Positions 34,837 to 45,189 of a stretch of 64,000 nucleotides of DNA are shown here, in pieces. The DNA lies in the NCBI GenBank assembly GCA_946624925.1, contig CAMOSO010000072.1, forward strand, positions 84,896-148,895. Reading direction: 5' to 3'. Position numbers and translations under genes: made by a program. The DNA comes from an uncultured Bacteroidales bacterium. GTDB lineage: Bacteria > Bacteroidota > Bacteroidia > Bacteroidales > UBA3824. Positions within the stretch are counted from its first letter, which is position 1. The number at the start of each line of letters is the position of its first letter. Below the pieces are notes generated by a model. That model did not search any database. It was not told the DNA's origin and worked only from the letters and a program-made list of their open reading frames with translations.

Positions 34837-37287
34837 ATGTGCAAAGAAAACAAATTCTGGCTATTGTTGCTTATCTGTGCGATTGTAATGCTGTTCTCAA
34901 CAAATGAAGCGAAGGGACAGGGTAAGGAGGCGTATATTGTTTTAAGAAATGATACATTAACCTTTTACTACAAGAAACTCAAACCAAATGATGCTTCAAA
35001 ACTAAGTTCTTTATCTGAAATCTATTGGAAACAAAAAATCAAAATAGCAATTTTTGATGAATCCTTTAAGGATTACAAACCAATTACTTGTTACAACTGG
35101 TTTGGAGGTTGCAACAATTTGACAGAAATAGTTGGTATGTCGGAGAATTTAAACACAGAGAATGTGACTGATATGAGCAACATGTTCTATTGTTGTTACC
35201 ATCTGTCAGCCATTGATTTGAGCGGTTTTAAAACAGATAAAGTTACAAATATGCAAGCAATGTTCATGTCATGTAGCAAAATTAGAAGACTCGACATAAG
35301 CAGATTTAATACAGAAAATGTTACAGATATGAATAATATGTTTGCAAATACGAGACTTACCTATCTTGATTTCAGTAAACTAAACACATCAAATGTCACG
35401 AATATGGCATATATGTTTCAAAATTGTGGAAACCTTGATTTCGATTTTAGAGGATTTAATACAACAAAGGTAACTAATATGCGTGGCATGTTCAAGGGTT
35501 GCAGTAACACTAATATTGATTTGAGCATGTTAAATACAGAAAATGTTACAAACATGTCTGAAATGTTCGAGGATTGTCGAAAACTTAAAACAATATATGT
35601 GGGAGAGAAATGGAATACGGATAAAGTATCTTCTTCTGAAAGGATGTTTGGAAGTTGTGGAAAACTATATGGTGGCAAAGGCACTTCTTCGCAAGAAAAA
35701 GCAATTTCAGACAAGACGTATGCGAAAATAGATGGTGGCAATGATTCACCAGGCTATCTCGCAAAAGCAGGGGAACCTGTTTTTACCGTATCGAAAGAGG
35801 CTTATGCGCTTTTACACGACAACACATTAACCTTTTACTATGCCGAAACTATTCCCGAAGATGCTTTTGATATTGATGCGTATGATTTGGCTTCTAACTC
35901 GGGAATATGGAGGAAAAATGTCAAAAAAGTTGTTTTCGATATATCATTCAAAGAATATAGACCATTATCTTGTATGAATTGGTTTTATGGCTGTGAACAA
36001 TTAACTACATTTGAGGGTATGAAAGATAATCTAAACACTGAAAAAGTTAGAGGTATGTCGGGAATGTTTGATAATTGTAGTAGTCTCACAGAGTTAGATT
36101 TGAGCGGTTTTAACACTGTCAGCGTGAAAAACATGGACCATATGTTTAATTGTTGCCACAATCTTAAAACCATATACGTAAGTAATAGTTGGAATATAGA
36201 AAATGTACTTTATGATACATTTATGTTTTACAATTGCTACAAACTTTGTGGTGGCAACGGTTCTTCATTTGACTATTGGAGACATTTCAACAAATCCTTT
36301 GCAAAAATCGACGAAGGAGAAAACAACCCTGGATATTTAACCTTAAAACCAATGTCTATTTTTGTCAAAACACTACCCAAAACAGAGTATCTTGAAGGCA
36401 ACATACTTTCTTTGGATGGTGGCATCTTAGAAATTGTTTATGGAAGCAACATTATTGAATATGTTGAGCTTACACATGCCTCCGTTTCAGGGTTTGACCC
36501 TTTGAGAGTTGGTGAGCAAACTTTGACGGTTGAATATCTTGGAGAAAAAACAACTTTCAACATCAACGTAACGGGAAAAAACGTAACATCAATCGAAATT
36601 TCACAACTTCCAAAAACAGAATATATCGAAGGACAAAACTTAGATTATTTGGAAGGAAAATTTATTGTCAAATATGACAATGAAACGTTTGACGAACTCG
36701 AGCTTTCAAAAGCTGTGGTTTCTGGTTTTGACAAAAACAAAATAGGCGAACAAACATTATGTGTGCAATATCAAGGTAAAGAAACAAGTTTCGATGTCAT
36801 TGTAAAAGAGAAGTCTGTAATTTCAATTGAGATTACGAGACTACCGGTTGTGGTGTATCAAGAAGGAGAAGATTTAAATCTCGACAATGGACGTGTCATT
36901 GTAAGATATAACAATGCAACCTCCGAAGAGATAGCACTAATCTCTGCAACCATTTCAGGCTACGACCCCAACCGTCTCGGTGAACAAATCATTACTGTTG
37001 AATATCTTGGTTTGCAAACTGAATTTAAAGTAACTGTCAACGAGAAAAAAGACGACCCATCAACTCCTGTTTCAGAAATAGATACCAATAATGCCGTAAA
37101 AATCTACTCTTACGGCAAGACAATAATAGTAGAAAATGGTGGTTCAGAAATCAAAATCATCGATATGTCGGGACACATTGTCAAAACAGTAACGTCTAAT
37201 AGTAATCGGGATGTTATACCAATGTCGAAATCAGGACTGTACATAGTAAAGACTGTCGTAAAAACACAAAAAATAATGATACAATAA
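34837..37287 (+). CDS. BspA-like LRR (DUF285) surface protein with three Ig-like (Big_3) domains and T9SS C-terminal domain
   Basis: Repeated FNTxNVTxMxxMF units in two blocks; three LPKTEY.EG..L...SGFD..+GEQ.L.V.Y.G units; C-terminal IIDMSG...SGLYIVK. Confidence 0.88.
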   Translation: MCKENKFWLLLLICAIVMLFSTNEAKGQGKEAYIVLRNDTLTFYYKKLKPNDASKLSSLSEIYWKQKIKIAIFDESFKDYKPITCYNWFGGCNNLTEIVGMSENLNTENVTDMSNMFYCCYHLSAIDLSGFKTDKVTNMQAMFMSCSKIRRLDISRFNTENVTDMNNMFANTRLTYLDFSKLNTSNVTNMAYMFQNCGNLDFDFRGFNTTKVTNMRGMFKGCSNTNIDLSMLNTENVTNMSEMFEDCRKLKTIYVGEKWNTDKVSSSERMFGSCGKLYGGKGTSSQEKAISDKTYAKIDGGNDSPGYLAKAGEPVFTVSKEAYALLHDNTLTFYYAETIPEDAFDIDAYDLASNSGIWRKNVKKVVFDISFKEYRPLSCMNWFYGCEQLTTFEGMKDNLNTEKVRGMSGMFDNCSSLTELDLSGFNTVSVKNMDHMFNCCHNLKTIYVSNSWNIENVLYDTFMFYNCYKLCGGNGSSFDYWRHFNKSFAKIDEGENNPGYLTLKPMSIFVKTLPKTEYLEGNILSLDGGILEIVYGSNIIEYVELTHASVSGFDPLRVGEQTLTVEYLGEKTTFNINVTGKNVTSIEISQLPKTEYIEGQNLDYLEGKFIVKYDNETFDELELSKAVVSGFDKNKIGEQTLCVQYQGKETSFDVIVKEKSVISIEITRLPVVVYQEGEDLNLDNGRVIVRYNNATSEEIALISATISGYDPNRLGEQIITVEYLGLQTEFKVTVNEKKDDPSTPVSEIDTNNAVKIYSYGKTIIVENGGSEIKIIDMSGHIVKTVTSNSNRDVIPMSKSGLYIVKTVVKTQKIMIQ

Positions 37288-37295
37288 AATTGAAT

Positions 37296-38951
37296 ATGGC
37301 ATTCAAACCAAAACAGACATATACAGAAAAAGACCAAAGAGAACAGCAATCAGTTGATTTTATTAATGTACTGTTGAAAGGTACGCACGCGTATCCAGAA
37401 TTAAAATATGGAGAAAAGGGGGCAAACATTGATGGATATATCCATTTACTTGACGAAGAAAGATGCATTGATGGTAAAATGACAGTGCAAGTAAAAACAG
37501 TGTCACCTTGTAACGAGGAGAAAAATGTATTTCCCTGTCCTACATCTTTGTTTGGATATGCAGAACGAACAAATGATGATGTTTTTTTGTTGGCGGTTGA
37601 CCATCTGCAACAAGTTGTCTTGTGGAAATACATATCCAGACAACTAATTAAATACTATCGACACAAACAGGATCAAGAAACAATTACCTTACACTTTGAT
37701 GACAATGAAAAACTAACGAAAGATAACATTCACGAAGTAATAAACAAATGGAAATCTATTTGTAATTTCCATAAAAAACTAATAGATAACATTGAGAATA
37801 TAAACGAAGAAAATGAAAGACTTAGAAACCTACTTGTAAATGCAGAGTCATCTGCGTTTACCATACCAAAAACAGAAGTCATAGAAATACAAAAATTTTC
37901 TAACATATATAATGGACTACTTGATACAGATTTCAATTATGTAAAAAGAATGCGATACCCTTATATATGGAAACAAGGCATAGCTATTTTTGACTATCAA
38001 GATGATGAAGTGTTATATGCCATTTATTCAATAAAATACGGAGAAAACAGTTTACTAATAAAACAACTTCCTCAAAACTTTTTAAATAAATTCAATTTCA
38101 ATCTGGCGTATCATGGTGTCAACAAAATAAAGAAAGACATTTTCTCTTTGGCAAAAGAAATACTCTCTGATGACATAACGCAAATGTTTAAAAGATACAA
38201 AACAATACCTCCGTATGATTACTATGTAGTCGAATATCTTCAAGATGTTATTAACACATATTCTAATACTCTATGTAATTCTACTCAAATTGCACATGAT
38301 TATTATGCGCTCCAAAAAGAAATAGAACAACATATCAAAAAACATAGAAAAATATTAAAGGGAGGGTACAAACCTGTTGACTTAGAGGTGGTAGATGATT
38401 GCATCAATTATTTATTAAACAGAGGTTACAAAGAAAATATCGAATTATACCCAAGCGAGAATGAATATGGATACACAGGTTACGCTACCGATTCTTTTAC
38501 ACCAGAACTCGCATTTGCAAAAATGCAAATTGTACTTAATTATGTCTATGAAACATATACAAATTTTATTAATAATAATTTTTACTCCATTAAAGATGGA
38601 TTGGATATGTATTTTAATGCAGATTTTGTACTAATTAATTTAGAGTATGACGAGGAATATCCAAACATCCCAGCCTACTATTTTTACCGTAACGATAATA
38701 TTTACAAAAAAGGAAAAACTAATGTAGAATTTTGTTTGCAAAAACAGCATGAGTTATTCAACAAATATGCTACATCTTACTTCTTTGAAAATGAAATCAC
38801 CTATAAAGGACACACTTATCAATGTAAAAGGGCATGGAGTTTTTCAACTTTTGACGTCATATTCGGCAGAACATGCTTAATAGATACTTTTTATAAGGTT
38901 TTTAAAACAAGATTAGAACAATATGTTAAGGACATGCAAATACATATCTAA
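37296..38951 (+). CDS. DUF4365-like (restriction-endonuclease fold) domain protein
   Basis: N-terminal GANIDGYI...MTVQVKT...VFLLAVD; very AT-rich. Confidence 0.6.
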   Translation: MAFKPKQTYTEKDQREQQSVDFINVLLKGTHAYPELKYGEKGANIDGYIHLLDEERCIDGKMTVQVKTVSPCNEEKNVFPCPTSLFGYAERTNDDVFLLAVDHLQQVVLWKYISRQLIKYYRHKQDQETITLHFDDNEKLTKDNIHEVINKWKSICNFHKKLIDNIENINEENERLRNLLVNAESSAFTIPKTEVIEIQKFSNIYNGLLDTDFNYVKRMRYPYIWKQGIAIFDYQDDEVLYAIYSIKYGENSLLIKQLPQNFLNKFNFNLAYHGVNKIKKDIFSLAKEILSDDITQMFKRYKTIPPYDYYVVEYLQDVINTYSNTLCNSTQIAHDYYALQKEIEQHIKKHRKILKGGYKPVDLEVVDDCINYLLNRGYKENIELYPSENEYGYTGYATDSFTPELAFAKMQIVLNYVYETYTNFINNNFYSIKDGLDMYFNADFVLINLEYDEEYPNIPAYYFYRNDNIYKKGKTNVEFCLQKQHELFNKYATSYFFENEITYKGHTYQCKRAWSFSTFDVIFGRTCLIDTFYKVFKTRLEQYVKDMQIHI

Positions 38952-39150
38952 TATACCTATTATCAGTTTTAACAACAAATCCGATAATACCTCATTCCCA
39001 CACTCGAACCTATTCAACCAAAATACATAATATAAATCTTATATAAGCGCACACCATATAAAATATTGATATTCAACAAAATAACAATTATATCTTTCAT
39101 TTCTATCTTCCATTTGTACAAAAACTCCGCACAAAAGTGGAAGATATAAA

Positions 39151-40794
39151 TCATTTAACAAGTTCATACAACGCCCATCTATTATCACCCGATTTCTTCA
39201 CCTTGCCAGATAAAATCAATTGATTAATGATAATCAATATCTTCTTGTGCGTTATTTCGAGACCGATTCGTTGATTAATATCCCTAATAGCTGAACGTTT
39301 GTATATACGCAAGTCTTCAATAATTAACTCACGGATACGGTAATCCTCGATACGTTTCAACGTTGTATGTCCTTTGTAGTTGGAGTCTTGTAGAAGCTGG
39401 GGAACGACTTGATATTTAACAGCACTTGTTTTTCCCGACGATGGAACAACAAGCCCAAAATCCAATAGAGGACGAATCCATGAACGTAAAGCATCTGAAT
39501 TTTCAAGTCCAATCAATTTGCACAACGCAAGAGCCGAAATACTTTCGTTTTGTGCTATCAAACCAAGACAAATAACTTGTTTTTGCTTTAAATCAAAATT
39601 ACGCGAAATATGTTGCATCAGTTTGACAGCTTCCATACTTACGATTCTCCTTTTAACAACAGCAGTAACAGAATCTTCATCCTCAATTACTATGGGCACT
39701 TGTTTACCCTGCGACAACTGAATAGCATACATCAAGTCATACCCTGACCCTTCACGCTCCATCAAGTGAAGAATATAGAATAAGGCCGCCATGTGTTCGT
39801 TACGTTTCACGGTTTTATGCAATATATTGTCTGGAGTAATGCCCAGCGGCAACCTGCCCGGATTCCTAACTTCAACGCGGTCAGGAAATATATTAATAAA
39901 AATATCGCCTCTAACGGTATATGGACGGTGAACAAGTGCATTAGCAAGCAATTCCCTGATGACACTCTTGTCGTATGCAGGAATGGTACGACGCAACAAA
40001 CCGTCAGGTACTTCGTATGACTCTTTCCAATCTGGTATCTTATCCCAAATATCATCTATAAGTTCTGCCGGGTTAAGCGAAAAATCATCCCATACCCACT
40101 TATTAATTTTATCACCATACTCGTCATATTTGATGCACTGAACCACTAACGCACTATTTAGTCGGGCACGATACGACGCTTTACCCAAAAACAATACGCC
40201 CAAATTAGTTAAACGATCTGTATCAGGGACTATCAACGAAAAATGTTCTAACAATTCATGCTCATCCTTAACCTTGACAAATTCACTGACTCTGTTTGAC
40301 ATTTTGACCGTTTTGATAAAATTTACAAGTTTTTTTCTGTCGACAAAACACGTTTCAACACCACTATCTTGATCCTCCCACCTCAGACACCCCTTATCCG
40401 CTGCAAGCCGTGCTAAGTCCTCTGAACTAATAGGAACACTATTGTCTCCCCTCCGGAAATAGACCTGTCCTGTTGAAGTCGTAGCAATAGCATTTGGGTT
40501 ACGCAATATATGCAACCGCAATATCTCGCCTCCATTTTTTGCTTTAACTACCTCTGTACTAAGGCTGACACCAACAGTCAGTCCTGTCATACGATTAATT
40601 AACGTTGTAGGCAAATCCAATGGCACAATCTGACTCGAATCAGGCAAATTGACGCCATCTTCAATCCCAAAATCGATAATCCCCCCCTCTGCATTACAAA
40701 ACGCAACGCAATCTTTTGCGATTTCTTTAAAATCAGACTTATGACCACATATAGATCTAAGCGATTTCTTATCATATATTGAATTTTCTCTCAT
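39151..40794 (-). CDS. AlbA_2 (Schlafen-like) plus HATPase_c_4 ATP-binding protein with wHTH
   Basis: YDKKS...VAFCNAEGGII..GIED, YFRRGD, IRELLANALVHRPY, VRNPGRLP, RNEHMA, MEREGSG. Confidence 0.85.
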   Translation of the reverse strand: MRENSIYDKKSLRSICGHKSDFKEIAKDCVAFCNAEGGIIDFGIEDGVNLPDSSQIVPLDLPTTLINRMTGLTVGVSLSTEVVKAKNGGEILRLHILRNPNAIATTSTGQVYFRRGDNSVPISSEDLARLAADKGCLRWEDQDSGVETCFVDRKKLVNFIKTVKMSNRVSEFVKVKDEHELLEHFSLIVPDTDRLTNLGVLFLGKASYRARLNSALVVQCIKYDEYGDKINKWVWDDFSLNPAELIDDIWDKIPDWKESYEVPDGLLRRTIPAYDKSVIRELLANALVHRPYTVRGDIFINIFPDRVEVRNPGRLPLGITPDNILHKTVKRNEHMAALFYILHLMEREGSGYDLMYAIQLSQGKQVPIVIEDEDSVTAVVKRRIVSMEAVKLMQHISRNFDLKQKQVICLGLIAQNESISALALCKLIGLENSDALRSWIRPLLDFGLVVPSSGKTSAVKYQVVPQLLQDSNYKGHTTLKRIEDYRIRELIIEDLRIYKRSAIRDINQRIGLEITHKKILIIINQLILSGKVKKSGDNRWALYELVK

Positions 40795-40810
40795 AGTATA
40801 GCCCCCTCCA

Positions 40811-42016
40811 TTACAGCAAATACAAATCGATGTCCCGTGTTTCTATGTCCAAGCGTTTGCCCAGATACCGGTTGGTAAGCATCCCGTTGTAGCAATAGAT
40901 GCAGGAGCGCAGGAGCTTGTTGAACGTGATTGTAGGATTGATGCCGCCATTGTCGGCAATCTCTTTGATAAGCGGATACAGCACATTGCTTAAAGCGATA
41001 CTCGAAGTCTTGGGAACGAGGGCGGTGATGTCGGGGAGGCAAAAATGTTTTACGCCGTTGACGTCATAGACCGGTTGCTGAAGCGTCGTCGGATGCGATG
41101 TCTCAAAACACGAGCCCGTCACCACATTGAGGTCCACGATTACCGAACCCTTCTTCATCGTAGCCAACACATCGGCAGTTACTATCGGATAGGGCTGCGA
41201 CGTGATATGTTTGGCGCCAATTACTACATCGGCGGTTGCAAGTGCCTTATTGAACACCTGCGGCAGCAATACCGACGTGAAAATATCCCTGCCGAGCCTC
41301 TGCCTGAAACCGGCAAGTTTGCACACGCTGTCGTCAAACACCTTGACTTCCGCACCGAGAAATTCAGCTGCCTTTGCCGCGTGTAGAGCCGCAACGCCCG
41401 TGCCTATAATCACCACCGACGATGGCGAAATGCCCGTAACGCCGCCGAGCAACACTCCCTTGCCGCCGCTCTGTTTGCCGAGTTGTTCTGCCGCAATAAA
41501 GATGGCGTTTCTACCCGCTATCTCGCTGTTGATGTGAGAGATAGGATAAAAATCTTTTTCTGTCTGAATGTACTCCATCGCAATTGCAGTAACCTTGCGC
41601 TTCAGCAAAGTCTGTATGTACTCCTTGCTTGCCTGAGCCACGCCGAGGTAAGAGATGAGGGTCTGACGTTTTTTGGTCATCGACGCCTCCTCCACCGTGA
41701 AAGGCGAAGTTTTAAGGATGATGTCTGCCTTGAAAAGTTTTTCACGCGATTCGGTAACGTCCGCGCCCGATTCGGCGTATTCGAGGTCGTCGTAATTTGC
41801 CTGTGCGCCCGCGCCGCTTTCTATAAGCACGTGATGCCCGCCCGCCGCAAGTATCGACACGCCCATCGGCGTGAGCGGCACACGGGTATCGGTGTCGGGA
41901 ACGTTTTTGAGTACGGCAATCGTCAATTCACGACCGCCCTTTACAAGTTGCTGCAACTTCTCCTCCGGCAACAACGATATTTCAGTTACACAAAGTTCAG
42001 GTGTTTCAGTTATCAT
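40811..42016 (-). CDS. ald: Alanine dehydrogenase (Bacteroidota long form)
   Basis: RVPLTP, ESGAG, SEIAGR, GKGVLLGGVTG, IIGTGVA, FETSHPTT. Confidence 0.85.
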   Translation of the reverse strand: MITETPELCVTEISLLPEEKLQQLVKGGRELTIAVLKNVPDTDTRVPLTPMGVSILAAGGHHVLIESGAGAQANYDDLEYAESGADVTESREKLFKADIILKTSPFTVEEASMTKKRQTLISYLGVAQASKEYIQTLLKRKVTAIAMEYIQTEKDFYPISHINSEIAGRNAIFIAAEQLGKQSGGKGVLLGGVTGISPSSVVIIGTGVAALHAAKAAEFLGAEVKVFDDSVCKLAGFRQRLGRDIFTSVLLPQVFNKALATADVVIGAKHITSQPYPIVTADVLATMKKGSVIVDLNVVTGSCFETSHPTTLQQPVYDVNGVKHFCLPDITALVPKTSSIALSNVLYPLIKEIADNGGINPTITFNKLLRSCIYCYNGMLTNRYLGKRLDIETRDIDLYLL

Positions 42017-42051
42017 TTCTTTTAATTCTTTATTATTCTTTTCATTTTTGG

Positions 42052-42498
42052 CTAAACCGCTGCAAGGCGGTCAACGGTCATAATTCGCGTTCCATCTTCG
42101 GCTTCCTCGATATTGACGGCTATCGTGTTGTCGGGCAGGACGGGCAGGAGCGTTTCGGGCCACTCGATAAAGCAATAGTCGTTGCCATAAATATAATCTT
42201 CCGCGCCCGCCGCCATCGCTTCTTCGGTATCCTTGATGCGGTAGAGGTCGAAGTGGAAGATGTGGCTGCCGTCTTTGCAAAGGTAATCGTTGACAATGGC
42301 AAAAGTCGGCGAACTTGCCTCGTCAATTGCACCCATTGCCTTGCTCAATGCCTTGATGAAAGTGGTCTTCCCCACCCCCATTCCAGCGTTAAAAATTATG
42401 CAGCGCGAATCGGGATATTGTGTCTTCAAAATCCCAAGAAACTCCTGCGCCGCAGCGTCTATCTCTGATAAATTATTGATTTTCAACTGACATTCCAT
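42052..42498 (-). CDS. tsaE: tRNA threonylcarbamoyladenosine biosynthesis ATPase
   Basis: GMGVGKTTF, SSPTFAIVN, HFDLYR, IEWPE. Confidence 0.95.
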   Translation of the reverse strand: MECQLKINNLSEIDAAAQEFLGILKTQYPDSRCIIFNAGMGVGKTTFIKALSKAMGAIDEASSPTFAIVNDYLCKDGSHIFHFDLYRIKDTEEAMAAGAEDYIYGNDYCFIEWPETLLPVLPDNTIAVNIEEAEDGTRIMTVDRLAAV

Positions 42499-42589
42499 AA
42501 TACTTAGTCTTATAATCAGTCATTATTTTTGAAAAATTTGTTCCGATTTTGTAAAATTTCTGCCCGTTATGGCATCGCCTCTGTAATGT

Positions 42590-42731
42590 CCGCCGCCTAC
42601 GGCGGGAAATCTCACAAATCTATTCAAATCTTACAAATCTTTTTAATTCTTGTTGTTTTTTATCTTACATTCATCGCTATTCACCTCCGCCGAATGGCAA
42701 TTATGCATTATGCATTGTGAATTATGCATTA
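42590..42731. repeat. Composite repeat spacer: GC hairpin, AAATC 9-10-mers and heptamer array
   Basis: CCGCCG-ccta-CGGCGG (42590); AAATC units at 42607, 42616, 42626, 42635; (A/C)ATTRTG heptamers at 42699-42731. Confidence 0.7.
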
Positions 42732-44288
42732 CTTCGGCTTCAACGTTATGAATGGTATCAGCAACTCTTCCATCGAGATTCCGCCGTGCTGAAATGTGTC
42801 GCTGTAATACTTGGCGTAATAGTTGAAGTTGTTGGGATAAGCCATAAAATCCCGATTGTGCGCAAATATGTACCGCGTGCTGATGCTTTGCTGCGGGAGT
42901 TGCGCGAGTTTGGGATTTTGGATTTCAAAAACGTCTTTCTTGTTGAACTGCAAGTCTTTGCCAATCTTGTAGCGGACGTTGGAGGTGATTTCTTTTTCGC
43001 CCGTTACCTTTACGGGATTGCTCACACGAGTGTTGCCGTGGTCAGTGGTGAGGATTACCTTAAAATCCTTGCGCGATAAGGTCTTGATGAGCGTCAGGAG
43101 CGACGAATGTTCAAACCACGTCTTAGTCAATGCCCTGTACGAAATCTCGTTGTCTGCCAATTCGCGCATCATCGGATTGTCGGTGCGGGCGTGCGAAATC
43201 ATATCCACAAAGTTATAGACGGCAATGTTGAGCGGCGTGTCGGCGATGTTTTGGATGTTGTCGGTGATGCGTTGACCCTCGCGGTTGTTGAAGGTCTTGT
43301 TGTAAGTAAACTTGACATCAAGCCTAAACCTCGTCAACATCGTCTGTATCAATTCTCGTTCGTGGTTGTTTTTGGAGTGCAACTCGTCCTCGTCGGTCCA
43401 AAGTTCGGGGTAAAGTTGCGAAATCATCAATGGCGTCAACCCCGAAAACATCGCGTTTCTCGCGTACTGCGTGGCGGTCGGCAGGATCGAACAAAGGATT
43501 TCTTCTTTCTCAACTGTCAGATATTCCGCGATTGTGGGTTGCAGTGCCTTCCATTGGTCGAAACGGAGGTTGTCAATCACAATCCAAAAAACTTTTTGCC
43601 CCGCGTCCAACATCGGCAATATCCGCTCCTTAAATACGTCCATCTGCATCATTGGTCGATGTTCGCGTGCGCCGTTTACCCACTTTTCGTAATTCTTCTC
43701 AAAATACTTGCAGAACGCCACGCCCGCCTCGTTTTTCTGATAATTGAAGATTTCGTAGAGCGTGGTCTTGTCCTCGTTGAGGTCTTGGAGTTTCAGGTCC
43801 CAATCCACCAATTTTTTATATAACGCGACCCATCCGTCGATGTCTTTCACCTGCGCAATCTCAGTGCCAAGTGTCTGAAATTCGCTTTGATACTCCTCGG
43901 CGGTCTTGTTGCTTACGAGCCGCTTGTTGTCGATGTTTTTCTTGATTGACGAGAGGATTTGGAACGGGTTGACGGGCTTTATGAGGTAGTCGGAGACCTT
44001 GCTGCCGAGAGCCTCGTCCATAATCTCCTCGCCTTCGTTTTTGGTAATCATCACCACCGGCACGTCCTGATTGATTTCGCGGATGGCGCGAAGCGTATCA
44101 AGGCCGCTGAGACCGGGCATATTTTCGTCGAGGAAGATGATGTCGAAAGTGTTGGAGCGCACCTCGTCGATAGCGTCGAGACCGTTGGAAGCGGTTGTAA
44201 CGTCATATCCCTTGCCCCTCAGAAAAAGTATCTGCACTTTCAGAAGGTCAATCTCGTCGTCAATCCAAAGTATGGTGTTCTTTTTCAT
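42729..44288 (-). CDS. porX: T9SS response regulator (receiver plus PglZ domain)
   Basis: ILWIDDEIDLLK, LDENMPG, IDNLRFDQW, ILPTATQYARNA, TTDHG, FQHGGIS; adjacent to tsaE. Confidence 0.93.
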   Translation of the reverse strand: MKKNTILWIDDEIDLLKVQILFLRGKGYDVTTASNGLDAIDEVRSNTFDIIFLDENMPGLSGLDTLRAIREINQDVPVVMITKNEGEEIMDEALGSKVSDYLIKPVNPFQILSSIKKNIDNKRLVSNKTAEEYQSEFQTLGTEIAQVKDIDGWVALYKKLVDWDLKLQDLNEDKTTLYEIFNYQKNEAGVAFCKYFEKNYEKWVNGAREHRPMMQMDVFKERILPMLDAGQKVFWIVIDNLRFDQWKALQPTIAEYLTVEKEEILCSILPTATQYARNAMFSGLTPLMISQLYPELWTDEDELHSKNNHERELIQTMLTRFRLDVKFTYNKTFNNREGQRITDNIQNIADTPLNIAVYNFVDMISHARTDNPMMRELADNEISYRALTKTWFEHSSLLTLIKTLSRKDFKVILTTDHGNTRVSNPVKVTGEKEITSNVRYKIGKDLQFNKKDVFEIQNPKLAQLPQQSISTRYIFAHNRDFMAYPNNFNYYAKYYSDTFQHGGISMEELLIPFITLKPK

Positions 44289-44302
44289 TTTTGGACAATG
44301 GA

Positions 44303-44902
44303 TTAGATGATTATGCCGTGGAGGATTAGGTCTATCAATTGGTCGATTCGCGATGTGAACTCCACGGCGTCGTTGGTTCTGAAAACGTAATCTTCAATGC
44401 CCTTCACCGCCATTATCAGAGCCATCGCCGCGAGGTCGAGATCCTTGACATTGAAGAGCCGCTTCTTGACGCCCTCTTCAAGTATATCTTTAAATAGCCT
44501 GATTTCCTCCCTGTCGTAGAGGTTGTTGAGCCTGCGGACAAAATCCAAATGCCTGAGTTTAGTGTTCTTCAATGCGGAATGGAAGTTGGTGTATATCTTG
44601 ATGATATTCATCCTCGTGAGCACATACACCTTTATCTTCTCCACGGCGTCGGCAGTCTTGGCGAGCGCATCGATGATGGTATGGCGAAACGCCACCGCCT
44701 CAGTAAGCACCACAGACTGAAAAATCTGCTCCTTGCTCTTGAAGTAGTAATACATCGAACTCTTGCCCTTGCCCGTTGCCTTGGCGATATGCTCCATACG
44801 GGTCTTGTCGTAGCCGTACTTATTGAACACGTGCCTCGCAATCTTGATGATGGCATTGCGTTTTTGGATTCGTTTCTCTGTCTCGTTGGGATCAATAGCC
44901 AT
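44303..44902 (-). CDS. TetR/AcrR-family transcriptional regulator
   Basis: FNKYGYDKTRMEHIA...GKSSMYYYFKSKEQIF. Confidence 0.92.
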   Translation of the reverse strand: MAIDPNETEKRIQKRNAIIKIARHVFNKYGYDKTRMEHIAKATGKGKSSMYYYFKSKEQIFQSVVLTEAVAFRHTIIDALAKTADAVEKIKVYVLTRMNIIKIYTNFHSALKNTKLRHLDFVRRLNNLYDREEIRLFKDILEEGVKKRLFNVKDLDLAAMALIMAVKGIEDYVFRTNDAVEFTSRIDQLIDLILHGIII

Positions 44903-45189
44903 AACGATTCAAATTTTGTTGGTTTTTCACGCCCAAATATATTATGTTTTTGTCTAACAAACAAATTTTTTTTTTGAGTTTTTGAATTTCCAACACAGAC
45001 GGGATGATATTTTCTACAATGATAATCAACGGATTAGTATGGAATTTTGATTTTCAACTATGACAAAAAAAATATTCATTTTTCTTTTGTGATAATTCAA
45101 AAATAATTAGCGAATGACGTGCTCAACTTTTTTTTGGAAATCCTGACAATTTTTTGTTACTTTGCACTTTGATATTAACTAACAGCGTT

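Noticed and set aside
34547-34907. Short ORFs (60-89 aa) over the structured leader
   Set aside because: No recognisable motifs; the extensive G-U-containing pairing is better explained as RNA structure, though a leader peptide is not excluded
42729-44288. BREX system (PglZ domain)
   Set aside because: Receiver-PglZ fusion next to tsaE is the housekeeping PorX; no other brx genes
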